A stretch of 64,000 nt of DNA from Syncephalis fuscata S228 (Eukaryota; Fungi; Zoopagomycota), in NCBI GenBank assembly GCA_025786725.1, contig JAHLTZ010000061.1, forward strand, positions 1-64,000, in the 5' to 3' direction. Under the pieces are notes generated by a model. The model was not told the origin of the DNA. It did not search any database and saw nothing but the letters and a program-made list of their open reading frames with translations. The position numbers and the translations under genes were made by a program. Positions 53,076 to 64,000 of this stretch are shown here, in pieces; within the stretch, counting starts at the first letter, position 1; every line of letters begins with the position of its first letter.

Positions 53076-54648
53076 TTAATCCAACGGCTCTTGAGATAGA
53101 TGCGATCCATACGGTGAACCTGTAGCCGCGGGTTCATCAGTTGTTGCTGTTGCTGTTGCTGTTGATGCCATATCCGCTCGACATACTGGACAAGTGGAGG
53201 ACTGTTTAAGCCAAGGTCGAATACAATCATCATGGTACTGATGTCGACATGGTAATTGACGGGCCTCATCACCACAGGCAAACTCATCTTTACATACTGC
53301 ACAGTCAGGCATGCCATCTGTATAATTAGACACATCCTTGATAATATTAACAGGCAATTGGTCGATCACTTCATCAGTGACACCAGTTTGAGCATGAGGA
53401 TTACTAGATAGTGTCATTTAGTATTAATTAGTACTTTTAATGTTACAACACCTACGTTCCCATTTGATTCATAATATTTGTAACAATATCATCCATAGCT
53501 GCTGATGTTCTAGCATGCCCTTGACTTATATCTGCGTTACGCATCATTGACCTAGTCATTGATATTAATACATTGTATTCGATACTGCTTCAGCTCTATT
53601 AAATAACTTACTCCATTAGTGCACTCATATCGCCAAACATTTCAGTAAATGATTGAGTACTTCTTTGTCCTTCATTCTGGCCAGTTCCCGATGTAGTTGT
53701 GTTGCCGCTGGCAGTAAATGTCGGTCCCATAGGCGTGAATTGCCAAGTGGGCCCACTGGATCCATTATTTGAACTGCTATATGCAAATGCACCAGTATAG
53801 ATCCCATTCCAGGGAGTCCGACTATTATCAGTGGATGGTTCTTCTGGTGCACTATTTACAGGCTCTGTAGTTCCTGTATCCGATCTCATATTTGATAGAT
53901 GGGACACGAATGAACTGCCCATATTCCACATTCTACCTAGAAATGAAGTATTTGCGGTATTTGCGGTATTGGTGTTATTCGTATCATTTTGAGCATTTTC
54001 AGTCTCTGATTGTCTAATGCGTCCTCCTACAAACCGATCAACCTCAGCCATTGTTTCTTCAAAGCTGGTGCTCGCATTTACTCGATTTAATAGATTATTT
54101 AATTCGGGTGTGTCGAATTGAGAAAAGTCCGTTGAGTGCGTCTATAGCTATTATTCCCATCGGCACCTGTAGTTGATCTTGATTGGCCTATATAACGTCA
54201 ATTAGACTGTTATTATTGAAATGCTCATTTAATGTCTTACCAGTATTGCCATAGTAATTGAAATTGAGATCATAGCCTTGATTAAGAAGTGTTTGTTCGG
54301 CATCACGTAGTATATCAGCCATATTTAAGCTTCTTGGCACCGTTGAAGTTGTTGAAGCTCTTGGTGCTGCTGGAATTGTTGGCGCCGGTGGAGCAGTGGC
54401 ATAAAATCTTGAGGCATATTGTCTGCTTCAATCTATAAATAGCATAGTTAATAAAGTAGCTGTTAGACTGTTACAAATAAAGTGTCATACATGCTTACCT
54501 GTTCTACAAACTCGTTATGACACACTGGACAAGTGGGTCCAGGAACGAACAGTGGTTGTATTTCAGTACTACATACATGACAGTAGTAAGTATTACCGTC
54601 AGCTGCCGCAGTTGTTGTTGTTGTTGTTGGCCGTTCAGTGCTATCCAT
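53076..54648 (-). CDS. RING-H2 E3 ubiquitin ligase, RNF126/RNF115-like
   Basis: N-terminal zinc ribbon YYCHVC...TCPVCHNEFVE; C-terminal CAVCKDEF...LPCRHQYHDDCIRPWL....CPVCR. Confidence 0.88.
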
Positions 54649-55118
54649 AGTGGTGGTGTCTAGCAAGTCTGCCCAGTAATCGCTCTGTTTAACAGGTTTG
54701 AAGTAGATGTGTACGATACAACAAACAAACTATCTAGTTACAACGAACGTCGTGAAACTAGGCTGACAACAACTACGCCGATAGAAGGTTAAAAAATACA
54801 AAATTGAGCAATACACTAGCTGGAGCTGTTGTGACAATAACAAAAGTGCAAGCAAGTTAAAATAGAAGTGACGATAGTACGAAGAACAGTAAGTGGGTGA
54901 GACACAAAGAGATAGAGAGATAGAAACAGAAATAGAGAAATAAGGAGAAGGATAAGCCATCAATATAGAGTGAATACCAAATATCCAATTTAGACAATTA
55001 TTTATTTGACTAATACGTACACAACGTGTACCACTGTCACCTATTCTTTTCTATTATTCGCCTATTTCGTTCAACACAATATACAGTCTATTGTACTAGT
55101 TAAATACATTAAATTGCT

Positions 55119-56473
55119 ATGGAAGCAATTACACTGCATGCTTGTCAGTCCGATGACCCGTTAAATGAATTGTCATTTGCTAAAGGCGACTTATTAATTG
55201 CAGGTAAGCAGTGGGCCTATATTATAATAGTATAGAGTACTAATGTAATAAACGGCGTTAGTAAAGCCTTCTCCTACAGACGATGGCTGGTATGAAGCAA
55301 CACTTGGTCGTACTGGAGAACGTGGTCTTGTCCCTTGCAATTATGTAAAAATAATTACTGAAAAGAAAGTAAGTAGCGTTGTCAAGTATGACTATCAGTG
55401 TTTATTGATATGTAAAACATGAATTATTATAGGCACCACCAAAACCACCTGTTCGTAAAAAGAAGCCTGTAATTCAGCCATCAGATAACAATGATACGAA
55501 TACAGCGATCCCTTCTACTACTACTATCAATTCTACTACTCATACTGCAGAATCAGGTATAGATACTGATTCATTGCCTCATACGGCATTTGGTGTAGTA
55601 TTGCGACCTACAAGACCACCACCGCCATCAACAACAACCAATGATACAGCTGTAGTAGAATTACCTACTAAAAGTAAACGACCGGCACCACCACCACCAA
55701 GAAAGTCTTCATTGGCTCATCAACCATCTAATGGTGTATTATCTGAATTAGTATCGTCATCTACACTGTCACATCAAACATCGAATAATTCATTTGATAG
55801 TTCAATTACAATGGTTGATTCATCACCAATGCCTAGTTTACCACCACGCCCATTAGCACGACCACAGAATAGTGAACCATCATTAGATTCAAGTAGTGCA
55901 CAATCCATACGTCGTGCATCATCGGCCTCTTTCCCCCCACCACGTCCACCTAAGCCCAGTGCAACATTGAAACAACAGCAACAACGTACTTACTAACTGT
56001 ATAGTATTTAATCATTTAACTAACAGTTTATTTAATTTATTTATTTAGATATAGATTTACCTAGAATTAATGGTATTGCTAACGAGACGCTAAAACGATA
56101 TGTTACAGCATTTGATGCATGGGATAGAGATAAAGATGGTTATCTGGATGGTAATTAATAACTGGTGGTTTAACATTAAATGTAGTAATTAATTATATGA
56201 TTTAGGCTATGAAGTACGGGCATTTTGGCGTCAAAGTCGATTAAATCGTACAGAATTACGAAAAATATGGTAAATGTTAATTAGAATGACTTTTTGTTAC
56301 TAATTTGTTATTAATCTATCTTCGTTATTAATCTATTTAGGACATTGGCTGATAGAGATACTGATGGACGATTAAATCATCGAGAATTTTGTATTGGTAC
56401 TTGGTTAATTGATGAACGGTTACGTGGTCAAAAGATACCAAATACACTGCCTGTTACTATGATATTTGAATAA
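55119..56473 (+). CDS. SH3 + proline-rich + EH domain protein (Irs4/Tax4-like EH)
   Basis: ELSFAKGD..DGWYEA..RGLVPCNYV; PPxP/RPxP linker; FWRQSRL...IWTLADRDTDGRL...EFCIGTWLIDERLRG. Confidence 0.82.
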
Positions 56474-56579
56474 AAAAGAGTCTTTATCATCTTGATGGTC
56501 CAAACCAACGAAGGAACAATGAGAGAAAGAGTGGAACAAGCGAGAACAGTAGTTAGAAAACGACATGTCGACGGAAGAA

Positions 56580-58283
56580 TTAGAAGCCAAGTTCATCGGC
56601 AAATGGCAAATCGTGTGGATTGCCGGCAGCGACCAATGAAGGACGTGTGGCAAGAAGACGACGAGCAAGCTATTTTAATAATAAATATTATATAATAGAT
56701 GTAATATAGTTAGTATATGTATGATGATTTATCTACAAATTACTTACGCCTACAATTTCCGTTGATTGGACTGAAGCAATGGTAGAGACGGCATCGGCCA
56801 CTGAGGTGGATCGACCAGTGGTAGTTACCTAAATAGAGTATATGCATTAATATATGCATTATATAGTATCGTTATTGCTAGGTTACTTACTTCTTGGCCT
56901 AGCTTGGTCAAACGAGCATCCATAGAGTCTACAGTATCGGCTGTTTCAAAACGAGCAGTAGCAAGTGCACGAGCGATTGCCTCAGCCTCAACTTGGCCAT
57001 CAGCCACCTTACGCAATTCGGCTACAACTTCATGAACCGCAGAGCGGATGTTGTCTGCTGGTGCATAGGTAACGAGTCCAAATAGAGCAGCATCTGAATA
57101 CTCTAGATTCAAGCCACGTACTTCACCGCCGTGTTGATGAGCTACACGAGCCAATGGGCTTTGGCCATTCGCCCACTTGAGACGCTTCTCGCCACCTAAT
57201 AGATGGCGAAGTGCACGCGCTGTTACCCGGTCGGTAATCGACTCAACTGGGAAGGCTAGTGCGCATACAGCGTTGCCTGAAGCAATGGCGGCCGCACTAT
57301 CCAAGTGCAAGTCACCACCGTGGTATTTAGAGGCTATAGAGGTAGGCTGTGGTGCAAGATTAAATCCGGCAAATATACTTTCCAAAGCCTCAACAAGAGC
57401 TGCATGCTCAACACCGTGACCAACAACCGTCAAGCCAGACAGATTGGCAAGTTGGAAATGACGTATAGCATCGGCAGAGACCGAAGCACTGGTGGGTGCA
57501 TATAGCGAGTTGCCCAATCCTGTGCGATAGGCAACACGGTGTAGTGCATCCAATACAACAATAGTAGGATTGGCCAAAGCAGCGTTTGTTTCGGCCTGTA
57601 CTTGTGAGCGTACCTCAGCCAGTTCATAGTGGGCGAATTTAGGCTTAGTCACCGCATCTGAAAGTACTTCAGCAAAATAGGCCCTATTAAGGCGTCTAAT
57701 TAACTGTATCAACGAATAAAATAGTACTTACCAATCGCCACGAAGGAAACGAGCACGATATGAAATAGATTCGCGAGATGCATCTGAGTAGAGAATGGCA
57801 CCTTGAAGTTCCGCTTCACGTGCAATACGGAAGGCTGTACGCTTATCGCTTGTCTAAATAGCAAACAAATAATTAGATCACAAGATCAAGGGGCAGATTC
57901 AGCGAGTATATTAACCACAAGTAGCAACATAGCCAGTATACTAACTAACGACGTTTAAATCGCTGCATCGCGTCTATGACACGTACCTTAAAAGCGTAGT
58001 TTTTTAGATAATGAGCTAGACCGATGGTTTCGGAGCTTTCATGGCGAGCACCAGCGTTTAGCACAAGAGATAGACCGGCGGCGGGAGAGGCCAGATCGTC
58101 GTAAGTAGCCACTCTAATTCCTTGGGCTGTCTTTGATATTTGGGCTTGAGCTGTGCCTACCGCACTGGCAGTATGAGGCGCGGCATCACGCTGTGCGGCC
58201 GCGGTAGCAGCACTGGCCGACGCGTAAGTACGGGCCGATCGTGTAACTGCGGCAAAAGCAGACAAACGACGAGTGGCCAACAT
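56580..58283 (-). CDS. QCR2: Cytochrome bc1 core subunit 2 (M16 family, mitochondrial)
   Basis: Presequence MLATRRLS, LNAGARHE..GLAHYLKNYAFK, RTAFRIAREAELQG, LHRVAYRTGLGNSL, YSDAALFG, LPFADEL. Confidence 0.93.
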
Positions 58284-58820
58284 GACGACGATTGATAGTC
58301 AGAAATAGCTGACAACAACACAACAGCAAAAAAGTAAATGAGTAAAGTAGAAAGAAAAGGATTTCCTCATCTTAACTGTTGTTCACTCGTTTCGTGTCCA
58401 TCGTATAGTGCGTGTATCTCTCTGTGTGTGTATAGATATAATTGTATTGTGTGTGTGTTCATAACTAATCGGGTAGAAGCGGAAGGCATCAATAAGAAAC
58501 TGTAATATTATTATTACTTTTTGACGTCATGAATTAATTTATAGTAAACATTTAAAATGCTTATAAAAATACTTGTCGTTTATTACTATATGTTAGTAAA
58601 TATCTATGTTATATATGTTATATATATATATTAGTAATAGAATAAAAAGTATGCCATCTTTTCTATTATTAAATTAAGTTTTGGGTAACTATGGCAGATA
58701 ACAAATGTTTATTATTACATTTGACATTGTAATTCATCTAACTTACTTTTTCTTATTGAATTATTACACTTTTTGTCTATTATTATAGCTAGCAAACAAA
58801 AGACAGATAGTATTACAGCA

Positions 58821-59860
58821 ATGACAACAACAGTTTCAGTTAAAGACACATTTGAAGTCATACGTGCCACGCTGGATACTCATGTTAGTAAGAAAAAGCG
58901 AATAGCTTGTCTTCTTTGCTGAATGTATGTCTAACGTGTTAATAGCATGATAGACGCGAGAGATTGGTCAAATGTTCACGGTAGAGCTTTGTATATTTGT
59001 ATTTAACCTATTAACTATGGCAGTTAGAGATATTACCGTAGCTAGTAAACGACTTATCTTTGCCCTACATCGGTAAGTAATATAATTATAATTATTGTGA
59101 TTATTATTATAATAAAACACTATTAGTATGTTGGCAGAACAGTCGGCCGAATCGATTACTACAAAGACACAGTCATCGTGCGATGATATTATGAAGCTAT
59201 TTAAGAAGATATCGGATGAATTAGCGCATAGTAACTTTCATTGGTAGGTAAAATATGATAAATAATAAACGCGTTAATAAATGGCTATTTAGTTATGAGC
59301 GCAGTATTACACCTGCTTTGGAAGAATTTATTGAAGGAATGGCCTGTCGTGTTTATTTGACTGAAAACCGATTAGTGACACTCGATGAGTTACGTGAACT
59401 GTTTGAGAAAGCTGAATGTCAGGTAAATAAGTTTATTTTGTTAAATAAAGCTATTTACATTTAAATAGCATATATTATTGACGGAAATGACGTATCTCTT
59501 GGGACTGGCCGACTTTACCGGTGAATTAATGCGAATGGCCATTAATGCTATAGCTGCGGGAGAGCGTACTATTGCACTAAAAGCGTGTAACTTTCTTCGG
59601 CCTATTGTACTTGGTAAGACGGTGGTATTATGGATAGTAGACTATACTGACGGACAAGAAGGTTTCGATGCGTTAATGCTCGATAGACATAGCGTGCATT
59701 CATTGAAGCAAAAGATGGAAACAATGCATACAAGTATGGATAAAGTAGAACGAGGTAGGCAGTTATTTTGTAGTAGGAATAATACTTATTATATGTAATA
59801 GCTTGCTGTTCACTATCTATTCGAGAATTAGAGGTGATAAAACAGCATAATATGGAATAA
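58821..59860 (+). CDS. TSNAX: Translin-associated factor X (TRAX, C3PO nuclease subunit)
   Basis: HDRRERLVKCSR|DITVASKRLIFALHR, LEEFIE, YLLGLADFTGELMRMAIN, KVE; 3' end approximate. Confidence 0.88.
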
Positions 59861-60060
59861 TTAGATCTATATTATCTGAATAATAATAGCAATAAAAGAC
59901 ATGGTAGTTAATAAACATGACAGAGTGAATCAATCTATTAACAAAGTAAATGTGTCTATTAACCAAACCGATTATTTATTAATAAAATGAATACAATTAT
60001 TAGTAAAATAAAATAATTTATTAATAGCGCGCGTATTAATGTAATATACTCTTTTAGGAA

Positions 60061-60077
60061 ACGCGTCGCTAACGCGT
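60061..60077 (+). promoter_or_regulatory. Tandem MCB (ACGCGT) boxes upstream of CDC45
   Basis: ACGCGT at 60061-60066 and 60072-60077 in an AT-rich intergenic region, ~355 bp before the ATG. Confidence 0.6.
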
Positions 60078-60430
60078 CGTGCCCTTTTCTTCTTCAAGTT
60101 GTGTACCAACTCGTTTCTTTGTACTTTCAATACCATCACACACTGTTCTAGCAAGTGAATCTAATAGCCTGGCCTTTAATCGTTGTAAGAAACGGCGGGA
60201 TTACACTGCCTTTATCTGAATCTGGCAAAGATCGTGTTCAATAAACGAATCCAGACCAATAGTAGGTACCGACTTGATCGCAAACTATTGAGCTACACTG
60301 TCGAATACAACAGTTTCGGTCTCTTTATTTAAAAAGAGCAATAGATATAAAGCAACCATAGTAACTGTAGTAATAGTAGCTGCCGCAGTAGCCATTCTAC
60401 TTTTGGTCGGGTTTGCCATTCCTCGCTATC

Positions 60431-61154
60431 ATGGTCTATTACAATGCAACACAGCTCGCACTAGCGTATGATAGCATTAAACGACAAGCACTCAATGGCC
60501 ATTGCACCGTGGCTATATTTGTAGCATCTGATGCTGATGCACTGTGTGCTTGTCGAATCCTCGTGGCAAGTATTAAATACACTATAATGAATTATACAGA
60601 TCATCTAATGTGTAGTGACTTTAGAATTTATTGACCAGTGATTTTATTTCCCATAAAGTGGTGCCAGTGGCCGGCTACACAGATTTGGAAGAGGCAGGGC
60701 GTGAATTAATTCAAGAACATGAAGAAGTAAGTGTATTAACTAATTAAATTAAACTATTTTGTTACTAATCATATCAAATAATAATAATAGCTAAAAAGTA
60801 TTATTATGCTTAATTGTGGTGCTTTAGTAGACTTGACAGAAATGTTTCCACTACGTGAAACGCACACCATTTATGTATGCGATACACATCGACCTATTCA
60901 TTTGCGTAATTTATTTGGCAGTGCCCAAGTAGTTGTACTTGATGATGGAGAGGCGGAAGCGTCGTTACAACTGGAAAGAGAAGCGTACGAAGAGATTGGC
61001 GTAAGTTGCTGTATGTCATTAATGATAAATTGGTTTAACAAGTATGGATGGCCATAGTTTGGATTGTCTAATAGCGAAGACGACGATGATGGCGATAGTG
61101 ACGATGACAGAGACTCTATGACAAATGGACAGTTGAATAATGAACGTATAATAC

Positions 61155-61188
<34 letters not shown>

Positions 61189-63332
61189 GAATGAAGATGA
61201 TGACGTTGATATCGATGAGTCCGATTCAGCTTTACATAGTGATACGATTGAAAATACGCATGAACAAGATAGTAATGATTTAAATGACGATACACCGCAT
61301 GACAATGGATCAATCTATGATAAAGATCAAAATGAAACAAGCAGTATTAATGGTACACTGGTTACAAATATTGGTAATGGGAGAAAACGATCGAGCCAGG
61401 ATAATTTATTTGATATGAACGTTGATGACCGACCATCACAGCGTCAGCGTGTTCATTCGGACGATGAAACAGAGAAAAAGGTAAGTTGGATTATATAACA
61501 TGAACTAGGTGGATGGATGGATATAGATATTAATTATTTATAGGTATTACAACCAAGTCGACGTTCTAAACGTAAGCAATACCGTGCATTGATGGTGGAC
61601 TATTATAGTCGTGGATCATATCATGGCAGTGCTTGTGCATCTCAAATGTACGATTTGGCCAATCAATTATCGCGAGCCACAAGAGAGTCATTATGGTAAG
61701 AAGCGCGTGATGAGTAAATGATTATGTAGGATACTAAACGCATTGAATGTAAATTAGGTTGGCCATTATTGGTGCCACTAGTCTATTTGTGCACGATCAG
61801 TGTGAACCATTGAGGTTTGAGACAGCCATGACGGTAATGCGTGACGAGGTAGCTCATTTTCAAGCAAAGGAACAAGAAGACGAGACGCCACTGAAAAGGC
61901 CTATGAATGAGACGGCTGAAGAGGCCAAAAAGCGATTTGAGCAAATTACAGCAGAGCGACGTGCTGTGGCTGCTGACCGAGATCAAATTCAATACATCAA
62001 AGAATATCCTTTAAAAGCTACAATGACATCAATCAACGCCTTAACTAATAGCTTACATTTAGACTTATGCTGTATCGCCATTGGTCCTTTTACGATGCGC
62101 TATATCACTCACGGTACGTGGCTACCAGTCTTGGCATTTGGAGTGAACGTGGACGTACAAAACTATTGAATTTGCTGGCTAAAATTGGGTAAGTTTGTAG
62201 GTTGACGATAAATGTTCGTCTTTTCTAATGATGTGCACTGTTTGTTGTTGAAATAGTCTTTCTAAACGGCAAGCTAATGAACTGCACTCGGAATTGGATC
62301 CAACATTACGGCGTAAAATGCGCCATCATCTTAAAGAGGTAGCAGCGTTATATCGACTGGAAAAGCTACAATTTCCATCGTTTGTACGAGTAGTAGGCTA
62401 CAGTGGATGTATATCAGCCTCTGATGCAGTCTACAGTCTAACGGCTTTATTGAAATCTGACCGAGCCACCGTAAGTCGATTGATCGACGCTGACGAATCA
62501 AATCGAATGATCAGTGGACGGGATTTAAGTGTACTTTTCTCAGCAAACCATAAAAAGCCCGGTAATTTTATGGTTCATCAGCGTGGCAATGAAAATAATA
62601 GTGAAGCTATGGATGATGAGGCTAAAACAGATAAAACGTGGCTACAAAACTTTTGGGTAGCCTATGATGCACTAGGCCGGTAAGTAACTAGTTATTATGT
62701 GTAGTAGAACGCTTAAATAAGTCATATCAACAGAGCAGAGCTTCTTAATACGGGGATCAATCTGGCCAAGGCGATGCGTCGAGCCATTGTCCGTCAAGCG
62801 GTGACAATTATTGAAAAGCGTGCCATAAGAACGCTGAATAACTTTCGATTTACCGTATTGCGCGATGGCCCCGATTTGCCTATATTTGCCCATTCATTGA
62901 CGGCTAGTCAATTGGCTTTATTTTTACTTGACGCCATGCGGGTAAGTTGTTGCATCAGCGCTTATAGAGCCTTATTTAATATACGACTAGGCGACAAGTA
63001 AAAAACGATTACCATTTGTTCTTGCTACTTTCTGTGAGTTGCAAGATGTATTCCTAGTCGTGGGACTGGCCGACAACGCACAGGCCGACCACAGTCCTAT
63101 TAAACAAAAGTAAACTGACGTAATCCAGTATAATATGTTGCTAATCATCTTGATTTTGTTTTATTCATTTACTAATAGTCCATTTGGAATTGCTTTCCAT
63201 CGATGTGCCGATGAGATTCGGGCACAAGTACGTCATGATGGTTTTGACACTTCCGTATTAGAGATCAGTAAAGACGATTTGGAGGAATTTCTCGAACGTT
63301 TGCATTTGTTTTTGCCTATGGTTCCAACATAG
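60431..63332 (+). CDS. CDC45: DNA replication factor Cdc45
   Basis: FVASDADALCACRIL, LNCGALVDL, DTHRPIHLRN, acidic insert, FRLMLYRHWSFYD, SASDAVY, NFWVAYDAL, FGIAF...HDGFDTSVLEI. Confidence 0.96.
62004..62056 (+). other. U12-type AT-AC intron in CDC45
   Basis: Begins ATATCCTTT, branch CCTTAAC at 62039-62045, ends TTAC; removal gives IKE|FRLMLYRHWS in frame. Confidence 0.9.
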
Positions 63333-64000
63333 CAGTAAATCGTTTATTGTATCAAATCCTAATTAAAAATAAAAGTACTATGAGATACGGCGGTGCAATT
63401 GATTATAAACATATAGCATGGTTATCGCTTTAAACGATTAAACAGTTTGACGGTTGTGTGTATGTAATACATCAATTACATTAAATAAAGAATTTGTTAG
63501 TAGTTGCGATAATATATGAACACTTCAACGCTTACGCTAGCTTGTTTAAATAAATACAGCTGATTGACTTATAGCGTGCAATAGACAAAACAGGGATGTG
63601 TAATGTGCCATTAGTTATTGTCGTGTATAAATCATAAGTTATTGAAAGCGTAAATGTAAGAATGGCAGAGCATTGCGTTGCTGCTATTATTATTATTATT
63701 ATTCAGAGCTTGATGAAATTAGTAGTGTAAATGTTGCATGTTATTGTATCCATCATCTGTTTTATTTGGCCATATTACTTTGTAATAAAGTTTGTCAGCC
63801 TATTCATATTTTTTATTGTTATAAAACTGTATTAACAAAACTTCAATTAATACTATGTATATTTAATAAAAATAAATTTACTGTAGTAATGTTTGAAAAC
63901 ATAATACACATACTGCCGTTTAAACTACTAGATTTTAAATGCAATTACGTCGTTGCTTTTGCATGGTTAAAGTTATAGAATATGGCAGTGTACTAATAGT

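Noticed and set aside
2700-54150. Frameshifts or stops in DHFR, dioxygenase, PARG, kinase 2, SPT6, NOT4, M13 and RING genes as pseudogenisation, programmed frameshifting, RNA editing or stop-codon reassignment
   Set aside because: Those examined are repaired by adding one base, mostly in short homopolymers, and they hit essential genes. The PARG duplicate has the base missing from the main copy (CGTTCAAAG vs CGTCAAAG) and vice versa. Best explained as consensus sequencing errors; short-read polishing would confirm.
1-64000. tRNA, rRNA, CRISPR arrays, autonomous transposons
   Set aside because: No cloverleaf, rRNA signature, repeat-spacer array, or transposase/RT/integrase motif recognised by eye.

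Overview
Gene-dense eukaryotic nuclear DNA with many short AT-rich spliceosomal introns (GTAAGT donors, CTAAY branch points). The gene content and intron style fit an early-diverging fungus; a Zoopagomycota/Mucoromycota-type lineage is inferred, not proven. About 21 protein-coding genes: Sog2-like LRR (partial), DHFR, trimethyllysine dioxygenase, Ypi1, Rpn13, two divergent Mek1/Chk2-like kinases, microbial-type PARG plus a truncated inverted copy, GH38 alpha-mannosidase Ams1, Nop56, an intronless orphan, Ies6, Spt6, Not4, Ski8/WDR61, M13 peptidase, RING-H2 ligase, SH3-EH protein, Qcr2, TRAX and Cdc45. Many single-base homopolymer deletions break conserved genes and look like assembly errors. 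Highlights: two U12-type (minor spliceosome) introns, one of them AT-AC; a splice-switchable C-terminal Atg8-interacting-motif-like exon on Ams1; a putative in-frame cassette exon looped out by an RNA stem inside the Not4 RING; a head-to-head pair of non-RD (HCD) kinases sharing a downstream repeat; and two neighbouring inverted duplications. All exon structures were spliced by eye.
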